Positions 38,920 through 48,989 are shown, counted from the first letter of the stretch. The stretch is DNA of 64,000 nucleotides from Dehalococcoidia bacterium (GCA_965205495.1 CBDBHA010000002.1:294451-358450); one strand, 5' to 3'. Notes: generated by a model not told the origin, from the letters alone. Numbers and translations are program-made.

Positions 38920-39468
38920 ATGATCCAGTACCGCTTTTGTCCCCAATGCGCCAACCCGCTGGAGCAGCGGGAACGGGGAGGCTTGCCTCGACCCACCTGC
39001 CCTGCTTGCGGGTTCGTCCACTACCGCAACCCGGCCGTGGGCGTGGCGGTGGCGGTGTTGCAGGACGGGAAAATTCTGATGGGCCGCCGGTCTCGGGGCG
39101 GGTATGAAGGTTACTGGTGCATCCCCTGCGGCTACGTTGAGTGGGGCGAGGATATTCGGGACGCCGCCCGGCGGGAGTTTTTGGAAGAGACGGGCCTGGA
39201 GGTGGAATTGGGGGAGGTGTTGGCGGTCCATTCCAACTTCCACAATGCCCAGCAGTTGACTGTGGGCATCTGGTTTAACGGGAAGTTGGTGGGTGGAAGG
39301 CTGGAAGCCGCCGATGACCTGGATGCCGTTGATTACTTCCCGGTGGCCGCCCCGCCGGAGCCATTGGCGTTTCCCACCGACCGGCTGGTACTGCTTCAAC
39401 TTCAGGATATTTCTCAGCCATCCATAGTTTTGGACGCCTCTGGGTTCCCGCCCGGCTACAACGGATGA
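38920..39468 (+). CDS. NUDIX hydrolase with N-terminal zinc ribbon
   Basis: FCPQC..CPACG; GYVEWGE...REFLEETG Nudix box. Confidence 0.93.
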   Translation: MIQYRFCPQCANPLEQRERGGLPRPTCPACGFVHYRNPAVGVAVAVLQDGKILMGRRSRGGYEGYWCIPCGYVEWGEDIRDAARREFLEETGLEVELGEVLAVHSNFHNAQQLTVGIWFNGKLVGGRLEAADDLDAVDYFPVAAPPEPLAFPTDRLVLLQLQDISQPSIVLDASGFPPGYNG

Positions 39469-40226
39469 AGCGGGTTTTGGTCATTCAACACGCTGCCCCG
39501 GAACCGCTGGGGGGCAATTTTTCCGGGGTCTTGGCGGACCGGGGGTTCAGGTTGGAGACGCTGCGATTTTTCGACGGTGCGCCCGAGTTTGCGGAATTTG
39601 CAACTCCAGGGTTGGAGGGCCTTGCGTTGATTATCGCTCTGGGCGGGCCGTTGTCCGCCAACGACGATTACCCAGCCATCCACCAGGAACGGGCGTTCCT
39701 GGCTCAGGCGATGGACCAAGGCATTCCGGTGTTGGGGATTTGCTTGGGAGCTCAGTTGATGGCTACCGCATTGGGGGGTTCGGTGGAACCCACCGGCGGC
39801 TACCAGTTCGGCCTGCGGAAGATCAACGTTACGCAGGAAGGAGACGCCGACCCGGTGTTTGGCCGGATCACGGCGCCGTTGGTTCCGACTCTGCACGGCG
39901 AGCGCTTTTCGATACCGCCGGGGGCGGTGAAGCTGGCCGAGGGTTTTATGCTGTGCCGTAACGGGGAGTACCGGAAAATCAACATGGCCTTCCGGTACGG
40001 CAACTCCTATGGGTTTCAATTCGAGCCTCATTTGACGTTGGAGGACCTGAAGGTCTGGAACCGGGAGCTTTTCGACGATTACCTCCTGATGGGGGAGCGG
40101 TTCGACCCCAAGGAGGAAGCGGCCCGCAATTTGCGGGAGTTCACCAAGTACAGTCCCTTTTACCAGGCCCAAATGCGGGAGATGTTTGCCGCCTTTCTGG
40201 ACAACGCCGGGGTTGACGCTTTTTAG
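39465..40226 (+). CDS. Type 1 glutamine amidotransferase
   Basis: LGGP, GICLGAQL, FQFEPH. Confidence 0.9.
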   Translation: MKRVLVIQHAAPEPLGGNFSGVLADRGFRLETLRFFDGAPEFAEFATPGLEGLALIIALGGPLSANDDYPAIHQERAFLAQAMDQGIPVLGICLGAQLMATALGGSVEPTGGYQFGLRKINVTQEGDADPVFGRITAPLVPTLHGERFSIPPGAVKLAEGFMLCRNGEYRKINMAFRYGNSYGFQFEPHLTLEDLKVWNRELFDDYLLMGERFDPKEEAARNLREFTKYSPFYQAQMREMFAAFLDNAGVDAF

Positions 40227-40373
40227 GCCGGAGTTGGCGGGCCGCAGCCCCCGGCACCGCCGGGCAGTAAACATAATTGACACTATTCCTTCCGGATAGT
40301 AACCTGCAATGAACGGCCACCATCCCGTAAAAACCCGAGGCCGAGACATAACTATTGAGGGAGGACAACCCTA

Positions 40374-41159
40374 ATGCCATACAACGGTTTGATTGCCGAG
40401 ACCATCAACATGATCGGCCATGAAGGCGACCAGATTGACGCTTATCTGGCCCGACCCCTGGGCGCCGGACCCTTTCCCGGCGTGGTGTTGATTCACCACA
40501 TGCCCGGCTGGGACGATGCCTCCAGGGAAATGGCCCGTAAGCTCGCCTACAACGGCTATGCCTGCATCTCGCCCAACCTGCATTTCCGGGAGGGCCAGGG
40601 CAGTTCCCAGGCCAACAGCGAGAGCGTTCGCGACGCCGGCGGAATGCCCGATGCCCGCACCATGGGCGATGTGTCCGCCGCTATCGGCGTGCTGCGCTCC
40701 CTGCCCTACCATAACGGCAAGGTTGGAATCATCGGGTTCTGCTCCGGTGGCCGCCAGGTTTATCTGGCCGCCTGCACCCTGGAAGGCATCGACGCCGCGG
40801 TTAACTGCTGGGGCGGCGGCGTGAACCAGGTCCCCGAAGGAGCCTTGGAACGCTCGCGCCAACCGGTCGCCCCCATGGACTACACCGCCGGTCTGAGCTG
40901 TCCCATGCTTGGCCTGTTCGGCAACGAGGACGCCCGCCCTTCTCCGGCGGACGTGGACGAAATCGAGGCGGAACTCAAGAAGCACGGTAAGACCTACGAG
41001 TTCCACCGCTACGACGACGCGGGCCACGGGTTCTTCGCCGTCGACCGGCCCAGCTACCGGGTGCAAGCTGCCACCGACGGTTGGGAGAAGGCCCTTGAAT
41101 TCTATGGCCGCCACCTGAGCTCCGATGTGAGGGAGGCGGCGGGAGTAGCCGACAACTAA
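40374..41159 (+). CDS. Dienelactone hydrolase family protein
   Basis: GFCSGG, D, AGHGF triad motifs. Confidence 0.93.
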   Translation: MPYNGLIAETINMIGHEGDQIDAYLARPLGAGPFPGVVLIHHMPGWDDASREMARKLAYNGYACISPNLHFREGQGSSQANSESVRDAGGMPDARTMGDVSAAIGVLRSLPYHNGKVGIIGFCSGGRQVYLAACTLEGIDAAVNCWGGGVNQVPEGALERSRQPVAPMDYTAGLSCPMLGLFGNEDARPSPADVDEIEAELKKHGKTYEFHRYDDAGHGFFAVDRPSYRVQAATDGWEKALEFYGRHLSSDVREAAGVADN

Positions 41160-41316
41160 CCCCGCGAACCCTTTATCAGGGTTGACCACGTTCTTTTGTT
41201 GCAGGCCACTTGGTGGCCTGCAACTTTTTTGGCTCAGGGTAAGGAATGTGGCGGCAGGCGGGTTTGCCGACCCGCCATGCTATAATTCGCCATCTTTTGA
41301 AACTTGGGCGGTGAGC

Positions 41317-42672
41317 ATGGGGACCACTGAAGACCTGGCACGTTACGTTGTTGAAACTTCGGCAGACCAGATACCCGATTCCATTATCCACGAGGGGAAA
41401 CGCTGCCTGATTAACTTTCTGGCGGTGGCCCTCTATTCCTCCCGGGACCCGTCGCTGGACATTCTTTTGGATGTGTTTGACCTGGAGGGCAGCGCGGCCA
41501 ACGCTTCGGTGCTGGGTTCGGATGTCCGTACCAGCTTGCAGAACGCGGCCTTGGCCAATGGGTATTTGGGGCACCTGGAGGACTACGACGATACCCATTT
41601 CCCGACGGTGATCCACCCGTCTTCGCCCACCCTGCCCGCCGCTTTGGCTTTAGGCGAAAAACTGTCGGCCAGCGGCAGGGATGTCCTGTTTGCGTCGGTC
41701 CTGGGCATGGAGCTTTGCTGCCGCATCGGTATGGCGGTGCATCCTTATCACTACGATGAAGGCTGGCACATTACCGGCACCTGCGGGGTTTTTGGGGCGG
41801 TGATTGCTGCCGGCAAGCTGCTGGGGTTAGATGTTGGGCAGATGACGCAGGCTTTGGGGATTGCGGGCACGCAAGCCGCCGGTGTGCGCGAGGTCTTCGG
41901 CTCGATGACCAAGCCTTTCCACCCGGGGCGGTCGGCGCAGAGCGGTGTCCTAGCGGCTCTGCTGGCCCAACGGGGTTTTACCTCCACCGACGCCATCCTG
42001 GAGGGCCGGCGGGGGTTCGCGGCGGTTATGTCCGGGGACAGCCACCTGGAACGGGTCACGGAAGAGTTGGGCGAACGGTGGGAGCTGACGATGAACGGCT
42101 TGAAACCCTACGCCTGCGGGGTGGTGAACCATCCCCTAATCGACGCCATGATTGCCCTGCGGGGGAACCCGGAAATAACTCCGGACAACGTGGCTTCGGT
42201 GCGGGCCAGGGTGCATCCCTTGGTGTTGGAGTTGGTTGACCGGCCCAATCCCCGGGTGGGGCTAGAGGGCAAGTTCTCCTACCAGCACAGCATGGCGGTG
42301 GGTCTGTTGGACGGGGCCGCCTTCCCTGCCCAGTATACCGATGCCAAGGTGTTGGATCCCCGGATAGCGCGGTTGCGGGACTGCATCGAAGCGACCATCG
42401 ACCAGGCTATGGACGAGGACTCGGCGGAGGTGACCATCACACTAACCGACGGGCGGACCTTTACCCAGGGGGTGGAACATGCCACCGGCGCGCCGAAGAA
42501 CCCGCTGACCGACGGGCAATTGGACGAAAAGCTGCGGGCCTTGGCCGGTGACGTGATGCCGGAGAACGCGGTTGAGACCCTGCTGTCGGCCCTGTGGGAC
42601 TTGGACCAAGCGGACAACGTCAATGATGTGGTCCAGCAGACTCGTTTGGCGGGCCGGACGGTGCGGGGGTAA
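41317..42672 (+). CDS. MmgE/PrpD family protein
   Basis: HLEDYDDTH, HPS, GWHITG, KPYACG, GKFS. Confidence 0.93.
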   Translation: MGTTEDLARYVVETSADQIPDSIIHEGKRCLINFLAVALYSSRDPSLDILLDVFDLEGSAANASVLGSDVRTSLQNAALANGYLGHLEDYDDTHFPTVIHPSSPTLPAALALGEKLSASGRDVLFASVLGMELCCRIGMAVHPYHYDEGWHITGTCGVFGAVIAAGKLLGLDVGQMTQALGIAGTQAAGVREVFGSMTKPFHPGRSAQSGVLAALLAQRGFTSTDAILEGRRGFAAVMSGDSHLERVTEELGERWELTMNGLKPYACGVVNHPLIDAMIALRGNPEITPDNVASVRARVHPLVLELVDRPNPRVGLEGKFSYQHSMAVGLLDGAAFPAQYTDAKVLDPRIARLRDCIEATIDQAMDEDSAEVTITLTDGRTFTQGVEHATGAPKNPLTDGQLDEKLRALAGDVMPENAVETLLSALWDLDQADNVNDVVQQTRLAGRTVRG

Positions 42673-42688
42673 GTCATCCTCAGCCGGT

Positions 42689-43579
42689 TTAAAGGACCAC
42701 GGCCAGCACGGTAAACACGAAGAGCTGCACCGAGATGAAGCTGTTGACCCGGAAGAAGGCGACGCCGACCTTGGACAAGTCGCCGGGCTTTACCAGGCTG
42801 TTCTCGTAGACCAGCATCACCACGGCGATGGCCCAGCCGATGTAGTAGTAGAAGCTGAGTTCCAGCCAGATGCCCAGGGCCAGCAGGGCCGCCGCCGCGA
42901 CGACGTGCATCCCGCGCACCAGCCAAAGCGCTCCGGCGATGCCCAGCCTGCGGGGCACGGAGTTTATGCCGTGCTGCCGGTCGAATTCGTAGTCGGTGCA
43001 CCCGTAGATGACGTCGAAGCCGCCGGCCCACATGGCCACCGCAAAGGCCAACAGGATGGCGGGTGGGTCAAGGCTGCCGGTAACCCCCACCCAGGCTCCG
43101 GCGGGCGCGATGGCCAAAGCCCACCCCAGCATGAGGTTGCAGACCCAGGTGTGGTACTTGGCGTAGGAATAGAGCACCACGTAAATCCCGGCGACGGGGG
43201 CCAAGGCCAAGGCCAGGAAATTTAGCTGGTAGGCCGCGAAGAGGAAGATCGCCGCCGCCACGACCATCATCCCGATGACTTCGGCGGGCTTCAACAACCC
43301 CTGGGGGATGTGCCGGTTGCGGGTGCGGGGATTGAGCGCGTCTTCCTTGGCGTTGATGACCCGGTTGCCGGATATGGCCAGGGTGCGCGCGCCGAAAAGG
43401 GCGACGTTGATCCAGATGAAGGCGTGCCAGCCCGGCCAACCCTGGGCCGCCAATACCATGCCGCCAAAGGCGAAGGGATAGGCAAACAGCGACTCCCAAA
43501 TTCGGATCGTGCTAAGGTAGTGGGGAGCCTTGGTAATCACCAGGCGGGCTAGGGATGGGCGGACTGAGGAACTCGTCAT
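42689..43579 (-). CDS. UbiA-like polyprenyltransferase (MqnP-type)
   Basis: NRVI..EDALNPRT.NRHIP, YSYAK, FDVIYGCTD. Confidence 0.9.
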   Translation of the reverse strand: MTSSSVRPSLARLVITKAPHYLSTIRIWESLFAYPFAFGGMVLAAQGWPGWHAFIWINVALFGARTLAISGNRVINAKEDALNPRTRNRHIPQGLLKPAEVIGMMVVAAAIFLFAAYQLNFLALALAPVAGIYVVLYSYAKYHTWVCNLMLGWALAIAPAGAWVGVTGSLDPPAILLAFAVAMWAGGFDVIYGCTDYEFDRQHGINSVPRRLGIAGALWLVRGMHVVAAAALLALGIWLELSFYYYIGWAIAVVMLVYENSLVKPGDLSKVGVAFFRVNSFISVQLFVFTVLAVVL

Positions 43580-43665
43580 GCTGCTGGCGGCATTCTCAAC
43601 GTAGGTTTAGGCACCTCATCATAACCCGCCGCCTCTGTTTCTGTCGAAGCGCGGCGCGGTGGACT

Positions 43666-43847
43666 AAGGGGCCTTTGCATTGTTACCCCATCCCCCTCTG
43701 TCACCCCGAGCGTAGCGAGGGGTCTAAACTCCCGGCCCAATACAATCCCCAACCCTGGATTCCAGCCGCCGCCACAATTACCCTGCGGATGCCGACTTGC
43801 CTTCCAATACTAACCGGCGCCGCTGCCCGGAAAATTAAGAGGTCCTT
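43666..43847 (+). repeat. B-type repeat with REP hairpin (probable degenerate MITE)
   Basis: GTCACCCCGAGCGTAGCGAGGGGTCTAAACTCCCGGCCCAA shared with 52871 and reversed at 49050-49137. Confidence 0.65.
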
Positions 43848-43858
43848 CGTGGTAGGCT

Positions 43859-44008
43859 CAGTGCCTTTTCGTTGTCGTTGTGGGGAGTTTGCGCCGACGA
43901 ACCGGTGGGCAAACCGGCTGGAGGCGATGGATTTTAGATTCCTCCCTGCGGTCGGAATGACAGGTAGGGGTGGTCGGAATGACAGGTGGGGGGAATGAGG
44001 AGGCTTTG
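43859..44008 (+). mobile_element. Degenerate CAGGG-type MITE
   Basis: Ends CAGTGCCTTTTCGTT / AATGAGGAGGCTTTG; decayed TSD GTGGTAGGCT / GCGGTGGACT. Confidence 0.65.
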
Positions 44009-44016
44009 GCGGTGGA

Positions 44017-45471
44017 CTACAGCCCGTACTCTGCCCAACGGCGGTCAACTAGGTCTTTGATTTCCGGGGACATTTCGATGTCCGGGGGCCAACCCCGGTG
44101 GTAACCCTCGCCGGGACCTTTGCGGGTGGCGTCGATACCCAGCCTGGCCCCGAACCTGGGGGTGGGCGAGGCTACGTCCAGGTCGTCTACCGGCCCGTCC
44201 ACCACCACCAAGTCCTTGCCGGGGTCCAGGTTGTTGGTCACCCGCCAAGCAACCTCGGACAGGTCTTGAACGTCGACAAAGTCGTCCACCACCACGAAGG
44301 TCTTGGATAGGCTCATCAACCCCAGCCCCCACAAGCCAAACATCACCTTGCGGGCTTGGCCGGGGTACTCCTTCTTGATGGACACCAGGACCAGGTTCTT
44401 GAAAATGCCCTCCGCCGGCATGTTGATGTCCACAACTTCCGGCAAGACCATCTTGATCAGGGGCAGAAACATCCGCTCCGTGACCTTGCCCATCCAATAG
44501 TCCTCTTTGGGGGGACGGCCGACAAAGGTGGTGGGGTAGATGGGGTCGCGGCGGTGGGTGATGGTGGTTACGTGGAAGACGGGGTAGGGGTCTTCCATGG
44601 AGTAGTAGCCGGTGTGGTCGCCGAAGGGGCCTTCTAGGCGTTCTTCGCCGGGGGTTACATAACCTTCCAGGACAATCTCGGCTTGGGCGGGAACCAGCAG
44701 GTCCACCGTTTTGGCCGGGACCAGGTCAACTGCCTCTTCCCTGATGAAGCCGGCCAGCACCATCTCGTTCACATCGGGAGGAAGGGGAGCGGAACCGGTC
44801 CAGATGGTAGCGGGGTCGCCGCCGAGGGCCACCGCCACTTCCAACCGGTCGGCTTGGCGGCCTTCGCTGAGCCGGTAATGGTGGGCGCCGACTTTGTGGG
44901 TTTGCCAGTGCATACCGGTGGTGCGGGAATCGTAGACCTGCATCCGGTAGATGCCGTAGTTCTGTACGCCGGTTTCCGGGTCCTTGGTAATGACCAGGGG
45001 CAGGGTGATGTAGCGTCCGCCGTCCAGGGGCCAGCACTTCAAAATGGGGAATTTGAAGAGGTCGACTTCCTCTCCTTGAAGGACCACTTCTTGGCAAGGA
45101 GCGTGGCGCACCGTTTTGGGTTGGAAGGACCCGAATTGGACCAACTGCCCCAGGGTGCGGAGCTTGTTCATCAACCCTTCGGGCGGGCCCTGGGTCAACC
45201 GGAGTAGACCCTGAATGCGGTCGACCAGCGGGTCCAGGGTTTCTACGCCCAAGGCCCAGGCCATGCGGCGGTCGGAGGTGAACAGGTTAATCACCACCGG
45301 CATATCGTAGCCGTTGACGTTTTCGAATAGCAGGGCCGGTCCGCCCGCCTTGACCACCCGGTCGGCGATTTCGGTTATCTCCAAGTCCCAAGTAACCGGA
45401 GATTTGATCCTATGAAGGTCGCCCTTGCGTTCCAAGAAGTCGATGTAATCTCTAAGGTCTTTGAAATTCAT
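44017..45471 (-). CDS. Menaquinone biosynthesis decarboxylase (UbiD family, MqnL-like)
   Basis: GPALLFEN, YRMQV, EGPFGDHTGYY, GRPPKED, GIDAT. Confidence 0.93.
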   Translation of the reverse strand: MNFKDLRDYIDFLERKGDLHRIKSPVTWDLEITEIADRVVKAGGPALLFENVNGYDMPVVINLFTSDRRMAWALGVETLDPLVDRIQGLLRLTQGPPEGLMNKLRTLGQLVQFGSFQPKTVRHAPCQEVVLQGEEVDLFKFPILKCWPLDGGRYITLPLVITKDPETGVQNYGIYRMQVYDSRTTGMHWQTHKVGAHHYRLSEGRQADRLEVAVALGGDPATIWTGSAPLPPDVNEMVLAGFIREEAVDLVPAKTVDLLVPAQAEIVLEGYVTPGEERLEGPFGDHTGYYSMEDPYPVFHVTTITHRRDPIYPTTFVGRPPKEDYWMGKVTERMFLPLIKMVLPEVVDINMPAEGIFKNLVLVSIKKEYPGQARKVMFGLWGLGLMSLSKTFVVVDDFVDVQDLSEVAWRVTNNLDPGKDLVVVDGPVDDLDVASPTPRFGARLGIDATRKGPGEGYHRGWPPDIEMSPEIKDLVDRRWAEYGL

Positions 45472-45727
45472 TGGAGGCCCAAAGTCGAAACCAGGCTATA
45501 GCGGAAGGAGGTTGGCCCGGGATGGGATGATGACCGCCGGGGAGCTTTTGCCATTGTATCGGCGTTGGGCGAAGGAATTCAACCGAGCGGGGTTGGTTGA
45601 CAACGAGTCCCTGCAAGGCAATGCTGGTTTGGGGGCATCGAGGAGGCGAAAAAAGAATTGTTCATTGGCGAGAGGCCAGGGGAAGGGGTCGGCCTCTCGC
45701 TGGGGTTACGCTTTCGTCTGCTAGCGC

Positions 45728-46030
45728 TTAGAACCCGCTGCTACGGGCGTTGCTGAAGCAGTCGCTGCAATAAACAGGACGGTCACCCCGGGGGCGGAAA
45801 GGTACCATTGCGTCGGCGCCGCACTGAGCGCACACGATCGGGTGCATCTCACGGGGGGACCCGTCGTAACCGCCGCTGCGCTGCTCGGTGCGCCGGCTGG
45901 CTCGGCAAGTCTGGCACCGCTTGGGGTCGTTGACGAAACCGCGGGAATTGAAAAACTCCTGCTCGCCAACTGTGAAAGTAAACTCCCCACCGCAGTCCAC
46001 GCATACCAAAGTTCTGTCGGATAGTGCCAC
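45728..46030 (-). CDS. Zinc-ribbon CxxC-x17-CxxC domain protein
   Basis: CVDCG..F.FTVGEQEFF..PKRCQTCR; CAQCG...VPFRP..RPVYCSDCF; AGGAGG RBS. Confidence 0.92.
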   Translation of the reverse strand: MALSDRTLVCVDCGGEFTFTVGEQEFFNSRGFVNDPKRCQTCRASRRTEQRSGGYDGSPREMHPIVCAQCGADAMVPFRPRGDRPVYCSDCFSNARSSGF

Positions 46031-46152
46031 TGATTGACCTCCTTGGATTCCACTGAAGAGATTATCGGCTCACTAGGTCAACCGGCTCCGGACAAGAAAC
46101 CCTGGTTGGGGTACTGGGACAATGCCTGGGAAAACCTAACTATGCCGTCTTC

Positions 46153-46181
46153 AATATATACTGGGGTTCCGGTATTTGCAA
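46153..46181 (-). promoter_or_regulatory. Putative sigma70 promoter TTGCAA-N17-TATATT
   Basis: Consensus-like boxes about 120 nt upstream of 46030. Confidence 0.5.
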
Positions 46182-46367
46182 CCTTTGGGGCATTGGGGTA
46201 TTTGTAACAGTTATTCGTAACAAACCGGGGATTCATGACGACAACCAGTTCTCTATGTGAAAAAACCGAGGAATCCCGCTTATAGGCTGATACGAAAGAC
46301 GGTTCGGAGTCCTTATTGGTCTGACCAAACCAATTTTGATTGGATCATAAAAGGAAATGATTCGCGG

Positions 46368-46922
46368 CTAGACCGGCAATGGGGGTTCCGACAAGCCGTG
46401 GGGCAACTCCAACTGAACGGCGTTGGCGTTGAAGGCGAGCATGGTGTAGAACCCCAGGAGAGTGGTCAGTTCCACCAGGCCTTGGGACCCCAGGAGGTCG
46501 TGGACCGCTTGGAAGGTCTCGTGTTGGACCTTGCGGTTTTCAAGCAGCTCGCGCCCGAAGTTGAAAACGGCGGCTTCGTCGGGGGGCAATTGGGGGAGTT
46601 CGTGGTTGTCCCGCAAGGCATCGACCAGGGCGTTGCTGAGGCCAGTTTCCCGGCCCAAGGCGGCATGGGCGTTCCAGATGTATTGGCAGTCCATGACGCG
46701 GGCGGTGGTAATCATCGCCAACTCGCGCAGTTTCCTGGGGACGGTAGACTCGTTGCGGACGTAGTTAAAAAGGGGAACAGCCCGACGGGACAACTCCGGG
46801 CTGTACTTCAGCACCGACATGGGCCCGGTGCCCACCCCGCCGGGGCCGCCGGACACTTCGTCGAAAATATCCCGCAGCTCTTCTTTAACCAGTTCCCGGG
46901 TAACCAACGGTATTCGGGGCAT
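46368..46922 (-). CDS. Carboxymuconolactone decarboxylase family protein
   Basis: LRELAMITTAR..CQYIWNAH, LVELTTLLGFY. Confidence 0.9.
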   Translation of the reverse strand: MPRIPLVTRELVKEELRDIFDEVSGGPGGVGTGPMSVLKYSPELSRRAVPLFNYVRNESTVPRKLRELAMITTARVMDCQYIWNAHAALGRETGLSNALVDALRDNHELPQLPPDEAAVFNFGRELLENRKVQHETFQAVHDLLGSQGLVELTTLLGFYTMLAFNANAVQLELPHGLSEPPLPV

Positions 46923-46976
46923 CACTCACCTTCGGGGGCCGGTTGTAGTTTTCCAAGGCGCCGGGGCAACCCGGTC

Positions 46977-47759
46977 TTATAAGCCGGCTGCCGAAGCCGA
47001 CTCCCGCATCGTCTTTAGATAAGGAACGCTGGAACTTTGGAGCAAGGTGCCCACGTTGCTGTGGAAGTATTGGACGCCCAGGTCGAGGAACTTGGGCACC
47101 AGGGAATCCGGGCAACTGCACCCGGCGATGCGGCCCGCGTCCCGAATGATCTTCACGCCCTTTTCCATCTGTTCTTGGACTTCGGGGTGGGTCTGCTGAC
47201 CGGGGTAGCCCATGGACTGGGACAGGTCGCCGGAGCCGATGAAATAGACGTCCACGCCGTCGACGCCCACCAACTCGCCCAGGTTGTCGATGGCTTCGAC
47301 CTCTTCGAGCATGAGGCAGACCAGGGTATTGGCGTTGGCGCCGGTGACGTAGTCCTGGGTGGAACCTTCGAAACCGTAGTCCGCTGGGCGGCTGCGGCTA
47401 AAGATGCCGCGGTGTCCCAGGGGGTAATATTTCACGGCGTCGACGCTGGCCCGGGCTTCTTCGGCGGTGTTGACGTGGGGGACCTGGACCCCCCAGGCGC
47501 CGCGGTCCAGGAAGGGGGCGATGATTTCGGGTTTGTTGGCAACGGGACGGACGATGGGGGCGATGCCGGTGAGGTCGGCGGCCCTGACGAGGTCTTCCAC
47601 ATTGTCCACGGATACGGTGCCGTGCTCGTTGTCGAGGAGCACCCAGTCAAATCCGAGTTGGCCCAGCATTTCGACCACCGGAGCTGAGGGGAAGGTAATC
47701 ATGCAGCCGAAAACCGCTTTACCGGCTTCCAGCTTTTGTTTGAGGGTATTTTCCCGCAT
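46977..47759 (-). CDS. HpcH/HpaI aldolase family protein
   Basis: DWVLLDNEHG, LDRGAWG, PLGHRG, GSGDLS. Confidence 0.93.
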   Translation of the reverse strand: MRENTLKQKLEAGKAVFGCMITFPSAPVVEMLGQLGFDWVLLDNEHGTVSVDNVEDLVRAADLTGIAPIVRPVANKPEIIAPFLDRGAWGVQVPHVNTAEEARASVDAVKYYPLGHRGIFSRSRPADYGFEGSTQDYVTGANANTLVCLMLEEVEAIDNLGELVGVDGVDVYFIGSGDLSQSMGYPGQQTHPEVQEQMEKGVKIIRDAGRIAGCSCPDSLVPKFLDLGVQYFHSNVGTLLQSSSVPYLKTMRESASAAGL

Positions 47760-47809
47760 GGTGGGGCCCTCCTATATATGAAGTTGAGGGGTAAGAGAAC
47801 AGGCCGGGG

Positions 47810-48274
47810 TCAGGATGCGATGGCCAAAACCGACCTTCGCAAAACGAAGCCCAGGACGATGCCACCCACCGCGCCGAGGAACCCGACGGTTGCCCCGGCC
47901 ATGATACCCAGGCTGACCGAAGTTATGGCCTGGCCGTCCACGCTGGGCATCTGCAATACGGCTAGGTTGGTGGAAAAGAAGAGGGCCAAAACCCAGCCTA
48001 TGGCGGCTCCAATGATCAACCCTTTGTGAGAGATGAAAAACCCGCGTGTTCGTCCCTCATGGTTAGCGATTCGGCCACTACGGTGCAAACAGCGCCTAGG
48101 AGAGCGCCGATGATGGGCCCAGCCCAGGGCTTCTTCCCAAAGGTCGCGAGGCGGGTGCCTGGGATTGGGTTCAATGCCGAGAATCAGCAACCCGGCATTG
48201 GCTGCCAGGTAGATTAAAGCCAGAAACGCCATTAGAACTCAAGACCAACTGGTCTCCTTGAGAATCACCTTCAT
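47810..48274 (-). pseudogene. Membrane protein with in-frame TGA and two compensating frameshifts
   Basis: ATG 48274 MKVILKETSWS-TGA-VLMAFL; hydrophobic IIGALLGAVCTVV only in shifted frame between 48117 and 48020. Confidence 0.55.
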
Positions 48275-48355
48275 CGTCCTTGAAATCGAGATGGGGTTAA
48301 CCAATTGATTTTAGGGATTATTGAGGTTGAGCGTCAAGCTTTCGGAAGGGCGCGC

Positions 48356-48539
48356 CAGGGCCTTTTCATTGTCGGTGTGGGGAGTTTGCGACGGCCAATC
48401 CAGGGCCAAACCGGCTGGCGGCGATGGATTTTAGATTTCTCCCGTAGGGAGAAATGACAGGTAGGGGTGGCCGGAATACTCCTTCGACGGGCTCAGGGTG
48501 AAAGCGGGGGCGGCATTTGGGGAGAATGAAAAGGCCCTG
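48356..48539 (+). mobile_element. CAGGG-type (ISAs1-like) MITE, 184 bp
   Basis: Perfect 15-bp TIR CAGGGCCTTTTCATT; 9-bp TSD AGGGCGCGC (48347-48355, 48540-48548). Confidence 0.9.
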
Positions 48540-48675
48540 AGGGCGCGCCAGGGGCGATCGCGTTGTAACTTTCAACACACTAAACAAGCCGAAAACGCCG
48601 GGAAACCCCGATGATTCCCATGAAAGAGGCAATAGATACTGCCTTGCATCGGCAAATAGGTCCTTGTCCGTGACT

Positions 48676-48727
48676 TCTGGATTCCCGCCTGCGCGGGAAA
48701 GACGGGTATGGGCGGGAAAGACGGGTA
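48676..48727. repeat. REP-like hairpin GGATTCCCGCCTGCGCGGGAA with duplicated tail
   Basis: Palindrome plus two copies of CGGGAAAGACGGGTA. Confidence 0.65.
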
Positions 48728-48824
48728 AATGAACTTCCGGGCTTTATGACGCGATTGCCCTGGAAGGGGGCGGCGAGGTGTCCCGATTTTTGCGGTAAAG
48801 GCGGGTTGGTGTTGGAAGGCGGGA

Positions 48825-48980
48825 AATTTTTAAGCGCTGGGACATTTTGGGACTTTTTAGGACATGGGGTTGGTTGCCTGGTGCGGTCAACGCTGTGGGT
48901 TGGGTTTTTGGGCCTCTGTGGGCGGCGGGTTTTTGCTACCTATTTATAGTAGAGAGTCGTTACCGGAATTGGCAAGGGGC
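48825..48980 (-). repeat. Solo promoter + phased GGGAC triplet module
   Basis: GGGAC/GGGAC/AGGAC at 48839, 48849, 48859; homologous to 4041-4185. Confidence 0.7.
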
Positions 48981-48989
48981 CGGGCGTCA

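Noticed and set aside
48239-48241. Second selenocysteine codon
   Set aside because: No redox motif and no clear downstream hairpin; it lies in a membrane gene with other lesions
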